The notes beneath the pieces were generated by a model. It ran no database searches and was not told where the DNA came from. It saw only the letters and a program-made list of their open reading frames with translations. Positions 27,540 to 35,855 of a stretch of 40,974 nucleotides of DNA are shown piece by piece. The position numbers and the translations under genes are program-made. The first letter of the stretch is position 1, and the number at the start of each line of letters is the position of its first letter. This DNA is from a virus (taxonomy: Duplodnaviria > Caudoviricetes): IMG/VR virus record IMGVR_UViG_3300032253_000228, positions 1-40,974 of that record, one strand, 5' to 3'.

Positions 27540-28106
27540 CTAACCTTCTAACGCGCCGATAGCTGCTTCAATATTTACCAATCCGCTTTTATACATCGAT
27601 TCTAGATGTAGATATGCTGGAGGGGCAATTCTAGCGTGAAAACCGTTCACTTGATATGCCAGTACAGTTGCATTTGTTTTGAATGCGCTTAAACTACCAT
27701 ACGCCTTTAGAACTGGCGTTAATTCATCGGGTTCAAGTAAACCAATACTGCCGCGCTGTGCGCCAAAAATTAGGTCCAACTCATCAAGACAAACTGTCAT
27801 ATACGATGTTGGTGTTCTCGGTGCGGCCGCGAACCCATCGAGGTTGCTTACAAATATCTCTTTAACATACTTAAGCTCTTCCAAAATCGAACGTCTAAAC
27901 ACATTACACTGATGTTCCTTGTCTTCTTGGCGTTCTTGTTTTGATAATCTTGCGCTATGTTGCAAGGTCATGATAACACCCGCGAAACCCAGAATACCAA
28001 TGATTGAAGCCTCGTAATTCTTGTAACTAAACGTAGTGAAGTCACTAACAGCACTGCCAATGGCCAAACCTACAAACACTAATAGTATTCCATTTATTAA
28101 ACTCAT
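27540..28106 (-). CDS. Two-TM membrane protein (AT-rich moron)
   Basis: GGGGG RBS, ATG at 28106, two hydrophobic helices then a helical domain. Confidence 0.75.
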   Translation of the reverse strand: MSLINGILLVFVGLAIGSAVSDFTTFSYKNYEASIIGILGFAGVIMTLQHSARLSKQERQEDKEHQCNVFRRSILEELKYVKEIFVSNLDGFAAAPRTPTSYMTVCLDELDLIFGAQRGSIGLLEPDELTPVLKAYGSLSAFKTNATVLAYQVNGFHARIAPPAYLHLESMYKSGLVNIEAAIGALEG

Positions 28107-28114
28107 TTTTCCCC

Positions 28115-28762
28115 CTATATCGCCCTTATTCTGGCGTGTTTTGGCGACCTTAACCGCTTTGGGTCGATTAACCCCCGAAACTCGGCTAAGCGGTGTAACG
28201 CGATCCTGAACACGGGCAAGCCGGCACCTGATCGCCATTTCTTCTTTTTCTCGAATTCTTTCATGGTAAGACCGCGACAAACCACTTCCAGGAGAACGTC
28301 GTCAAGGTCAGGGCCGCCGACCGTATCTAGGGCGTTGTAGACTTCCTCAAGGGCTGTCAGGCCAAGTGACGCACTATCATGCTCACGGACACCGCCACGG
28401 ACCCTGTCCCCGTTCATATCGCTGATCCGGTAGCCGTTACGTCCTGCCAGTTCATAGCGGTCACGTATCCATTTTCCCGCCTCATACAAGTGCAAAGTGA
28501 ACAGCTGCGGTTTGTGAAAATGATACCAGTCGAGAGCATCCTCGATGCGCTTTGACGGCCTTGAACGGCCATCTTCTTCCTTCTTGTTGGCTACGACCAC
28601 AGTACGGCTTATTTGGCCGTCTCGCGCATAGAACAACTCGCTCGATCGTGCGTCCGGCTCTCCAACATCAACGGGACAATACGGCTGTAGTTGCCCCCCG
28701 GCTCCGTAATCAACAAATTTCTTCTCAGTGATTGACCGAGATTTGTTTTTGCCCTTCGCCAT
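28115..28762 (-). CDS. DUF6456-type late gene regulator
   Basis: EAG..R.RYE.AG, ALDTVGG, VVCRG..EKKKKW..G..VFRIALHRLA; occupies the lambda Q position. Confidence 0.7.
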   Translation of the reverse strand: MAKGKNKSRSITEKKFVDYGAGGQLQPYCPVDVGEPDARSSELFYARDGQISRTVVVANKKEEDGRSRPSKRIEDALDWYHFHKPQLFTLHLYEAGKWIRDRYELAGRNGYRISDMNGDRVRGGVREHDSASLGLTALEEVYNALDTVGGPDLDDVLLEVVCRGLTMKEFEKKKKWRSGAGLPVFRIALHRLAEFRGLIDPKRLRSPKHARIRAI

Positions 28763-29276
28763 CTTGCCCCCTCAAATATTCCTGATATTCCATTAATCCC
28801 GGCGGAACTGAACTGACACCCGACACCTTAACAGCTTCGGATAGTGGCGCCCCGCCCCTCATTCCCTGCGGCAAAGGTCCGGTCGGTTGAATGATGCATT
28901 GCCACTCTGCCGCCATCGGCCCACCACAACCATACCACTTTTTTACACGCAATACACGCGATCTGTACGGCAGTGCGAACCGCTTACGACCATCGAGCGC
29001 AAAGGTCCCGTTCTCGGTATCCACCAGCAACACAGCATGCATCTGCCCGCTAAACAGCTTGCAGATAGCTATTCGCATGCTTTGGTCAGACCAACCGAGG
29101 GCCCGCAGCTGGTAGAAATACCCGAGTGCAAAGTCCTCGCAGTCGCCTTTGGTAAAGCCGTTAAACCCGAGCGGGCGCCAAACATCGCGCTTCTCAAAGG
29201 TCTTGATATCTGGCTGATATTGATCGAGGGAATAGGTCGAGATTACCTGATTGAGTTGATCATATTTTGCCTTCAT
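28725..29276 (-). CDS. Transglutaminase-like cysteine peptidase (BTLCP / peptidase C93, LapG-like)
   Basis: GDCEDFA, HAVLLV, ALD Cys-His-Asp triad. Confidence 0.85.
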   Translation of the reverse strand: MKAKYDQLNQVISTYSLDQYQPDIKTFEKRDVWRPLGFNGFTKGDCEDFALGYFYQLRALGWSDQSMRIAICKLFSGQMHAVLLVDTENGTFALDGRKRFALPYRSRVLRVKKWYGCGGPMAAEWQCIIQPTGPLPQGMRGGAPLSEAVKVSGVSSVPPGLMEYQEYLRGQDGEGQKQISVNH

Positions 29277-29527
29277 GAATCCAACCTCGTGATGCTGGTT
29301 GACGTCATTGCGCGAAAACGGACAGAAACGGGCCTAGAAACGCCGCTAAGGTGTTTTGCTATGTGGTGATGCCTATTTGGCACCAGAAGCGCCTCAGCGG
29401 CAAGATTTAGGGCCTCGGCGTCCAATTTACCACGCAATCGTGCCAAGGATTTACGGTTTCGGCGAAGCTCCCCAAGTGTGGCGCATCTGATTTTGATGGC
29501 GGTATCCATTTCGTCCCCTTTCGTCAT
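29273..29527 (-). CDS. Hypothetical protein
   Basis: ATGA-coupled within operon. Confidence 0.55.
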   Translation of the reverse strand: MTKGDEMDTAIKIRCATLGELRRNRKSLARLRGKLDAEALNLAAEALLVPNRHHHIAKHLSGVSRPVSVRFRAMTSTSITRLDS

Positions 29528-29530
29528 TGG

Positions 29531-29989
29531 CTAAATTAAGGCTTGCTGAGACTTGCCTGTCAGGTTCCCAAGCAACTTGTCGGCATGAGCAATTCGATTT
29601 TGGTAATAGGTTTCTTGCGAGATATCTGCGCGGCGGGCAGCACTCCTCATCTTTTCGAGATCATTTTCACGAACCTGTTCGATGTACATGATTTTGACTT
29701 TGATCGGCTGTTTTGTGAACCATTCGTCAAATTTCTGTTTTGTCGAAAACTTCAAATCTGACACTTTCACATTGGATTGTTGGCGCAAATGGTCGAGGTA
29801 ATGGGCTGGCTTGGGTGGTGTTTGGGTTTTCCACACCGACATAACCGAGGAATGAGCATGCTGGAGTTGCTCGTCATCGAATGGCGACAAGAGGTCAAGG
29901 AACGAATTCAGAACCTCTTTTTCCTGTTCAGCCTTCCATGGATTATCAAACATGACTTTCAGTTTTTTGAAGATATCCTGCGGTTTCAT
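29531..29989 (-). CDS. Hypothetical replication-module protein
   Basis: Coupled to the initiator; W....PPKPAH motif of helicase-loader-associated phage proteins. Confidence 0.55.
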   Translation of the reverse strand: MKPQDIFKKLKVMFDNPWKAEQEKEVLNSFLDLLSPFDDEQLQHAHSSVMSVWKTQTPPKPAHYLDHLRQQSNVKVSDLKFSTKQKFDEWFTKQPIKVKIMYIEQVRENDLEKMRSAARRADISQETYYQNRIAHADKLLGNLTGKSQQALI

Positions 29990-30798
29990 GACGCGACCCT
30001 CCGTTGTTCTGCTATGCGGTCTATCTCGTCATCGGACAGCCCCCCGCTTTCGCCTTTGAGTACTTCGAGAATGTAGGGAACCGGATCACCAGTATCGGCC
30101 TTGCGGGCTTGCTCCAAGGCTGCAATGAGGGCTGTATCCCCGTAATCCTTCAACCAGCGGCCTATGACTTTACGAGCTCTGTCCTCGGAGACATTCTTCG
30201 CCTTCAGGAAAAAAAGACCATTTTTCCAAATGACTTCCTTCACAAAAGAGGCGTTTTTCGCAGTTTCGATAGAAACTGAATTCTTAGTCTCTGTTTCTGT
30301 CTCTGTTTCCGTCTGAGTCTGTGTCTCTGTCTCTGTCTCTGTAGGGGGTAGTGTATGGATACCCGTATCTATAGGCGTATCAGGAAGGGGTAGGATACCC
30401 GTATTTTTTACTGTCTTTATTTGGCTCAACTCGTTGATAATATGTAGTTTTTGATCGCAATCAGGAAGAAGTAGCGCAGCCTTGGCCGCTCCGGCGCCAT
30501 GTTTTCCGTTGTTAATGGGCGAATGAGCAAGGAAATCGACTATCCGGACGACTTCTTCCTCCTCATTCCACCCTATTAGACCCGTATCGATACACGTATG
30601 TATAGCCGTATCTATAGCCGTATTTGAAAGGTTTAAATCGGCCATGACATACCCCTTGGGAAGTCTAAAGCACCCGATCGAATTGCCGTGCGGGCATGCC
30701 AATAAATAGATATAAAATAGCCTCGCATCATTATTCGGCAGCTTCCGAAATTTGCGTGAGCTCCATATGCTCGTTCCAAGTTTTCCGTACTCTCTCAT
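29986..30798 (-). CDS. Phage replication initiator (O-like)
   Basis: IWSSRKFRKL..ARLFYIYLL N-terminal wHTH, ETETET linker, C-terminal DPVPYI domain. Confidence 0.8.
   Translation of the reverse strand: MREYGKLGTSIWSSRKFRKLPNNDARLFYIYLLACPHGNSIGCFRLPKGYVMADLNLSNTAIDTAIHTCIDTGLIGWNEEEEVVRIVDFLAHSPINNGKHGAGAAKAALLLPDCDQKLHIINELSQIKTVKNTGILPLPDTPIDTGIHTLPPTETETETQTQTETETETETKNSVSIETAKNASFVKEVIWKNGLFFLKAKNVSEDRARKVIGRWLKDYGDTALIAALEQARKADTGDPVPYILEVLKGESGGLSDDEIDRIAEQRRVAS
30287..30625. repeat. Hexamer (TCTCTG-type) array and 12-bp CGTATCTATAG-type repeats; putative replication origin
   Basis: ET-encoding repeats at 30287-30341; CGTAT-cored repeats at about 30352-30403 and 30580-30624. Confidence 0.6.
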
Positions 30799-31445
30799 TA
30801 GCCCGCGTCCCTTAGTTCAAATTTGTCAATTTGGTTGCCCCAAGCGCTCCAGCCCGGCCATTTTTGGCGGGCAAATAGCTCGACATATGGGCCGTCAAAC
30901 ATGGTCTCAATTCGCCGGTATTGTTCATCAGGTTTACGGCTATGACCGTCGCTTCGTGCTCGAATGCAGTCCTGAGGCATATATTCAATAAAATCTCGTA
31001 CTGAGCGCGCGCCTTCAGCCGAAACGCCCTCAAATAGATCAGCGCAGTATTCTTTTTTTACGGATGGTTTTCCGCGCGTAGCCATCAAGCAAGGTTCAAG
31101 GTTTTTACGAGTTCCGTAGCCAAGGCCAAAAGCATATTTCTCTGTTTCCGAGTTGTACTTGATCCACTCCCACGCAAGACCGGCATATTCAAAACCCCAT
31201 GCTTCAATTACCTTGAGCCAAACCGGCATAAGCGGCCATGTACACCAGATAAAGAGGACGCTGTTTTTCGCCGCCAAATGTGAAACCGGCATTTTGCAGA
31301 TTTCATCAATTTCCATACAGTCATATTGAGATTTTGCGTTCTTCTCGTCGCCCTTTTCCGAGTACCCTTCAAACAGCCAAGGCGGATCAGCCAAGATCAC
31401 CTTGAAGCCGCCGTTCGGGCGCATTGCGAGGAAATCATTTTTCAT
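30798..31445 (-). CDS. MT-A70 family adenine methyltransferase
   Basis: ILADPPW, LFIW, AWGF, HSRKP, VELFAR, WGNQ motifs. Confidence 0.95.
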   Translation of the reverse strand: MKNDFLAMRPNGGFKVILADPPWLFEGYSEKGDEKNAKSQYDCMEIDEICKMPVSHLAAKNSVLFIWCTWPLMPVWLKVIEAWGFEYAGLAWEWIKYNSETEKYAFGLGYGTRKNLEPCLMATRGKPSVKKEYCADLFEGVSAEGARSVRDFIEYMPQDCIRARSDGHSRKPDEQYRRIETMFDGPYVELFARQKWPGWSAWGNQIDKFELRDAG

Positions 31446-31639
31446 GCAGCCCTCTCTTTCTTCAAATTCATCACCCACGACAGGTGCGTCAGCACGTCAT
31501 AGGCGGTTATCCAGTCGCGCCGCTTGGTGCCCTGATAACCAACGGCGGTTAAAATTTCCTCGGCTGTAATTCCTTTGCTCTTGCACCAGAAAACATGTTC
31601 TCTGGCTATATCTCGGGCGAGGGACAGGTTCATTTTCAT
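31442..31639 (-). CDS. Hypothetical protein
   Basis: ATGA-coupled at both ends; ends in ERAA. Confidence 0.6.
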   Translation of the reverse strand: MKMNLSLARDIAREHVFWCKSKGITAEEILTAVGYQGTKRRDWITAYDVLTHLSWVMNLKKERAA

Positions 31640-32400
31640 GCAACCACCTCTTGCAATATTGTGGGGTTTCGACCAACATTCCGGCCATGACTGAAACTAT
31701 TAAAGAATTCTGGAACAAGCTGAATAAACCAATCTTGATATTGGTTGCGCTTATAACGGGCGGCGTCGGGTTCATTTATTCTTACGAGCCTGCTTGGACG
31801 TGGCTGCTGAAAAAAATCGACACTGGTTTCATCACACTTCTTACAGGCGTGATTGGGTTTGCGGGATTGATTTTTGTCGCTTGGTGGAGCGGTCGACAGA
31901 ATTCGCAAGCAATTTATCAATCTGCAATGCTGCAAAAACAGCTTAGTGAAGATCAGTTGCATATAGAAAAAATTGCGAAAATTACGTATTTTATTGAAAT
32001 TTTGCACGACCTTCGGCTTCATGTAGACGAAGTTAGTAAAATGATGGATGATGTCCTGGAAGATGGTACAGAAGCGGAAGCAAAAGATTGCTTTAGTTGG
32101 ATTCAAAAATATATTTTGGATACGAGCGTACTTATTTACCCCGAAAGCATTAATGGCTTCGAATTTTTGCACAATACCGAACAGTCTATAATAGAATATT
32201 CGCTTAGAATTAGTAGTTTTACAAAGGCTATTCAGGTTGGGGTCAGTTCGGCTGAACGGCACCCTTTGAATCAGGTTCCATTGGTACTCGACAGCTGTAA
32301 AGGCTGTATTACAACTATCGATATGGCAATTAAACAGTATGAGCCATTGCTTACCAAAATTACTGATAACACTGCGGGAAAATCGACGACTTAATTCCAT
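31636..32400 (-). CDS. Antisense bridging ORF (254 aa), function unknown
   Basis: Stop-free across the whole moron; TGATG overlap upstream and ATGA overlap downstream. Confidence 0.4.
   Translation of the reverse strand: MELSRRFSRSVISNFGKQWLILFNCHIDSCNTAFTAVEYQWNLIQRVPFSRTDPNLNSLCKTTNSKRIFYYRLFGIVQKFEAINAFGVNKYARIQNIFLNPTKAIFCFRFCTIFQDIIHHFTNFVYMKPKVVQNFNKIRNFRNFFYMQLIFTKLFLQHCRLINCLRILSTAPPSDKNQSRKPNHACKKCDETSVDFFQQPRPSRLVRINEPDAARYKRNQYQDWFIQLVPEFFNSFSHGRNVGRNPTILQEVVA
31687..32394 (+). CDS. Counter-oriented two-TM membrane protein (moron)
   Basis: AT-rich; two N-terminal TM helices; candidate promoter TTGCAA-17 nt-CAACAT just before the ATG. Confidence 0.75.
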   Translation: MTETIKEFWNKLNKPILILVALITGGVGFIYSYEPAWTWLLKKIDTGFITLLTGVIGFAGLIFVAWWSGRQNSQAIYQSAMLQKQLSEDQLHIEKIAKITYFIEILHDLRLHVDEVSKMMDDVLEDGTEAEAKDCFSWIQKYILDTSVLIYPESINGFEFLHNTEQSIIEYSLRISSFTKAIQVGVSSAERHPLNQVPLVLDSCKGCITTIDMAIKQYEPLLTKITDNTAGKSTT

Positions 32401-32759
32401 CACACCGCCCCCCATTTATTCAAAGCCACGTCAATTTCCTCTATCGTTTTTGCCACGATGTAGGGCGCCGATATGGCGTCACAGCATTGCTCGAAGATTT
32501 TCTGTTTATCCGATTGAGTACCCTTTGGCGCTTTGAGCTCGACGAACCCAACTCTTGCCCCTGCCCCGTCGCTCCAGACAAAGACGAGATCCGCAACACC
32601 GGCCTTTACGCCCGTTGCTTTCAGGATGCCGGACTCAGCCTTGGAACGCCGGCCCCCATTAGGTACAGAGAAGTACATCAGCATTGGATATTGCCATCCG
32701 AGCCATTCAACGACGGTGCGTTGAAATAGCTCTTCAGGCTGATTGCGGCGTTTAGGCAT
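32400..32759 (-). CDS. VRR-NUC domain nuclease / Holliday junction resolvase
   Basis: VPNGGRR, GVKAGVADL, FVELKAPKG.QS..QK motifs. Confidence 0.92.
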   Translation of the reverse strand: MPKRRNQPEELFQRTVVEWLGWQYPMLMYFSVPNGGRRSKAESGILKATGVKAGVADLVFVWSDGAGARVGFVELKAPKGTQSDKQKIFEQCCDAISAPYIVAKTIEEIDVALNKWGAV

Positions 32760-33162
32760 TGGCGGTCTGTTCGGTTATTTTTTCGAACTCGCCTTCTTTG
32801 CCTTTTATCGTGATGCTTGTTCCGGGGTTTTGACGGACATATCTTTTTAACCCGTCAAAAAGGATGCTTTTCGATTTTTCGGGGTCTTCAAGATCACCAA
32901 CACCAAATAAATCCGGCTGAAACATTCCAAGGGCTTCAGTGTAAATGTTGATCATATACGACTGCTCTTGAACGTCGGCCTTGTCCATTTTGCGAATTTT
33001 GATAATTGCCCGCATAGCCTTAACGTCAAAGCCGGTTCCTTTTGCCTCTGCAAAAATTTCCTTGATATCATCAGCCAATGATTTCTTTTCTTCTTCCAAC
33101 CGCTCGATCCGCTCAATAAATGAACGTAGATGTTCTCCAGCGACGCCATTAACGTTTGCCAT
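32752..33162 (-). CDS. gapR: GapR / DUF2312 nucleoid-associated protein homologue
   Basis: LRSFIERIERLEEEKKSLADDIKEIFAEAKGTGFD. Confidence 0.93.
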   Translation of the reverse strand: MANVNGVAGEHLRSFIERIERLEEEKKSLADDIKEIFAEAKGTGFDVKAMRAIIKIRKMDKADVQEQSYMINIYTEALGMFQPDLFGVGDLEDPEKSKSILFDGLKRYVRQNPGTSITIKGKEGEFEKITEQTANA

Positions 33163-33201
33163 TTTATTGCCTTTCATGTGTCCAAAGTTAAAGTTTGAAA
33201 G

Positions 33202-33663
33202 TCAGCGAATAGACGTGACTTTCGACTCGATCATCGCCCGGCCCTGTGCTTCCAGCGCCCGGGCCAGTTCGATTAATTGCGGCCCCATTGCGGCCCGATC
33301 TCTGTGACAGAATTTTCCGTCTTTCAGCCGCTCAGCCATTTCTGCGCAATGCCTGGAAAGTTCGGCCATTGTTCCCGGTGCATCAACATTCTGAGGCTCG
33401 ATGATTTCCACACCGCCAAGACCGGCGGGCCTCAAGGCTTCTGACATGAATGACGGGGGAAGATGCAAGGCCAGATTAAGCAGGGTTGCAAAGCTGGGAA
33501 TGTGATTGCCTTCAAGGATGGCGTAGATCGACTTGTCAGCCATCCCGCTACTACCCGCCAGATCAGAAACAGAGACTTGCTTCGTCCTGCCCACATACCG
33601 GCGAAGGGCATCGGTGACGACCTCCTGAACCACATCGGTAGAAATTACAGTTCTTTTTTCCAT
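33202..33663 (-). CDS. CII-like phage regulatory protein
   Basis: HTH N-terminus, DGKFCHRD motif, position after cro. Confidence 0.6.
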   Translation of the reverse strand: MEKRTVISTDVVQEVVTDALRRYVGRTKQVSVSDLAGSSGMADKSIYAILEGNHIPSFATLLNLALHLPPSFMSEALRPAGLGGVEIIEPQNVDAPGTMAELSRHCAEMAERLKDGKFCHRDRAAMGPQLIELARALEAQGRAMIESKVTSIR

Positions 33664-33687
33664 AGGGATGCCCCTTCGATTTGTGAT

Positions 33688-33927
33688 TTAAAGAGTTCTA
33701 GGACGGGAATTGTGAAATACAGCCCGCTCTTTTCCGATTACTTCGGGAAAGAAATCGGCCGGTTTCACAGCACCATTTGTTGCTTTTGTGATTTTGTGCA
33801 TCATTTTTTGCGAAGGGCCTCGTTTGCCCGCAATTATTCGCGCAAGATGACTGGTGCTAACCTCGATCTTTCGAGCGAGCTCAGAAATAGACATGTCGTT
33901 TTTGTTTAAAAAATCGGCGAGCTGCAT
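33688..33927 (-). CDS. cro: Cro-like HTH repressor
   Basis: MQLADFL..ELARKI, ITKATNGAVKPADFF; divergent from cI. Confidence 0.88.
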   Translation of the reverse strand: MQLADFLNKNDMSISELARKIEVSTSHLARIIAGKRGPSQKMMHKITKATNGAVKPADFFPEVIGKERAVFHNSRPRTL

Positions 33928-33935
33928 GAGAAAAA

Positions 33936-33970
33936 TTGCCTGTTGTTGCCTAATATTGACTAATAGGCAA
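33936..33970. promoter_or_regulatory. Putative operator in the cro-cI intergenic region
   Basis: TTGACTAATAGGCAA (33956-33970) plus TTGCCT half-sites at 33936 and 33946 (10-bp phasing). Confidence 0.75.
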
Positions 33971-34069
33971 CATACATCAGCTTTTGAATTCTAGTCAAGG
34001 GGACAATTCGACACTTTTATAAAAGAAGCGTTCACGCTAACTCTAAGCAATAGTTTGGAGCTGATATAA

Positions 34070-34627
34070 ATGACTAACCTTCTTCGAGAAATCCGAGAGT
34101 CGAAAGGCTTGTCTGGTCGTGAACTAGCAAAACGCTCAGGCCTGTCTCCCGCGTTTATTTCACGAATGGAAAGAGGCGAGAGAAATATCTCTATTCATCA
34201 ACTAGAGAAACTGGCGGAAGCTCTCTCAGTCACTCCAGGTGATCTGGTAGAAAGACAGCTAAAGCCTTTCGCCATTCCCTATCTCGGCGAAGCAACAGCA
34301 GAGGGCATCACAAAAGACGGTTTTATGCCGGACGCCTTCAGTTTTGACTTTGATAAGAGAACGCATGTCGTCGTAGAGGTTAAAACGAGTTTCGAAGGTT
34401 TCGTTTCAGGAGACCACCTTTTCGCAAAAAGAATGGACAGCACAGAAGACGCCCTCAATAAACTTTGTATAGTGAAAATCGAGGGTATCGAAAAGCCTGT
34501 TATTCGCCGTTTAATAGCTGGATCAAAAGTAGATAGATTTACGCTGGTTGGATCAACTGAAACGCTTACAGACATCAAAGTCGATTGGGTCGCATTGATT
34601 CTGTTTAAACTACAGAGCGTTTCCTGA
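34070..34627 (+). CDS. cI: CI-like repressor (XRE HTH plus degenerate S24 domain)
   Basis: LREIRESKGLSGRELA..ISRMERG..LAEAL; C-terminal S24-like fold; divergent from cro. Confidence 0.88.
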   Translation: MTNLLREIRESKGLSGRELAKRSGLSPAFISRMERGERNISIHQLEKLAEALSVTPGDLVERQLKPFAIPYLGEATAEGITKDGFMPDAFSFDFDKRTHVVVEVKTSFEGFVSGDHLFAKRMDSTEDALNKLCIVKIEGIEKPVIRRLIAGSKVDRFTLVGSTETLTDIKVDWVALILFKLQSVS

Positions 34628-34715
34628 CACTCCCTAAAAGTATGCATTAAGTGCTTTAACTCTCACCTTGAGGAAGAATTTTCAAAAATTTTTTCTCCCT
34701 CTTTTTGTTTTTAGT

Positions 34716-34762
34716 GTTGCCACATAGGCAATTGTATGTTTATAGTGTTGCCTATTAGTCAA
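34716..34762. promoter_or_regulatory. Putative operators at the early promoter of the recombination operon
   Basis: TTGCCCACATAGGCAA (34716-34731) and TTGCCTATTAGTCAA (34748-34762), with TATAGT between them. Confidence 0.75.
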
Positions 34763-34895
34763 CTATATAGGTGAACTATGCTGAAAATGATTAAGCGGAT
34801 TTTGCGGCGTGTAGAGAGAAAAAAACGCCAGCCACTTTCACCAACATTTCGCACAGTGCTCGCCTATCACATCGAGGGAGCGACACCGAAGCAAA

Positions 34896-35831
34896 ATGAC
34901 AAATATTACTAAAGACGAGCGTCGCAACTTTGTCGGCGCGTCCGAGGTTTCCGCCCTGTTTGGCGTACATCCTCAGATAACACTTTTTGAACTCTGGCAT
35001 CGAAAAGCGGGCAATCTTGAAGAGCCCGATTTGTCAGACGTTGAGCGGATATTCTGGGGGCAGACTTTGGAACCCGCCATAGCAAAAGGTATTGCTGAGC
35101 AAGAGAATTGGAAAATTCGCAACGTGAGGCGCTACATCACACATCCAACGATAGGCGGTATGGGTGCTAGCCTTGACTTTGAAGTCCTCAAAGACAAGCA
35201 CGGCTCAGGCGTTCTCGAAATCAAGAATGTTGACCGGTTGATTTATCGAAATTGGCCTGAGGGCGAGGCCCCGCTGTACTTCCAGCTGCAAGTGCAGCAT
35301 CAGCTTTCTGTTTCTCGAAAAGCGTGGGGCGCAGTCGGTGCTCTGGTCGGCGGCAACGAGCCTGTTGTCTTCAAAATGGATCGGCATGAAGGCGCGATAA
35401 AGAAGATCGAACAGGCGGTTGAAGCTTTTTGGCTTTCCATCAAAGAAGGGCAAGAACCATCCCCTGATTTTTCTCAGGATCAAGACGCCATCGGGGAGCT
35501 CTACGGCTCCTCAACCCCCGGCAAGTTCCTCGATATGACCGGCGAAGATCACTTTGAAGAACTCTGCCGAACCTATGACGAGGCCCGAGCGGCTGAACGG
35601 TTCGAGAAGTCGCGCAAAGATACTGCAAAGGCTGAAATTCTGACGCTCAGCGAAGAGGCCGAACAGATCAGGTGCGAACCCTACACGATCAACCGGAAAA
35701 ACAACTTTCGGCTATTCAAGATATCTCGGAATGAAGAGCTCGACACGTTGTCGTCTCCCCCTACCCCCGATTTACCGGCGACCAGAATTAGGACGTCACC
35801 ACCGCTCGGCAAGCAAGCGAGCATCTTCTAA
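34896..35831 (+). CDS. YqaJ-like viral recombinase exonuclease
   Basis: RRNFVGASEV, WGQTLEP, ASLD, LEIKN, QVQHQL motifs. Confidence 0.93.
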   Translation: MTNITKDERRNFVGASEVSALFGVHPQITLFELWHRKAGNLEEPDLSDVERIFWGQTLEPAIAKGIAEQENWKIRNVRRYITHPTIGGMGASLDFEVLKDKHGSGVLEIKNVDRLIYRNWPEGEAPLYFQLQVQHQLSVSRKAWGAVGALVGGNEPVVFKMDRHEGAIKKIEQAVEAFWLSIKEGQEPSPDFSQDQDAIGELYGSSTPGKFLDMTGEDHFEELCRTYDEARAAERFEKSRKDTAKAEILTLSEEAEQIRCEPYTINRKNNFRLFKISRNEELDTLSSPPTPDLPATRIRTSPPLGKQASIF

Positions 35832-35855
35832 GACACTCATGAAAGGCAAAATATC

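Noticed and set aside
28107-28280. N-terminal extension of the 27540 ORF
   Set aside because: Overlaps DUF6456; a good RBS and ATG at 28106 give a better start
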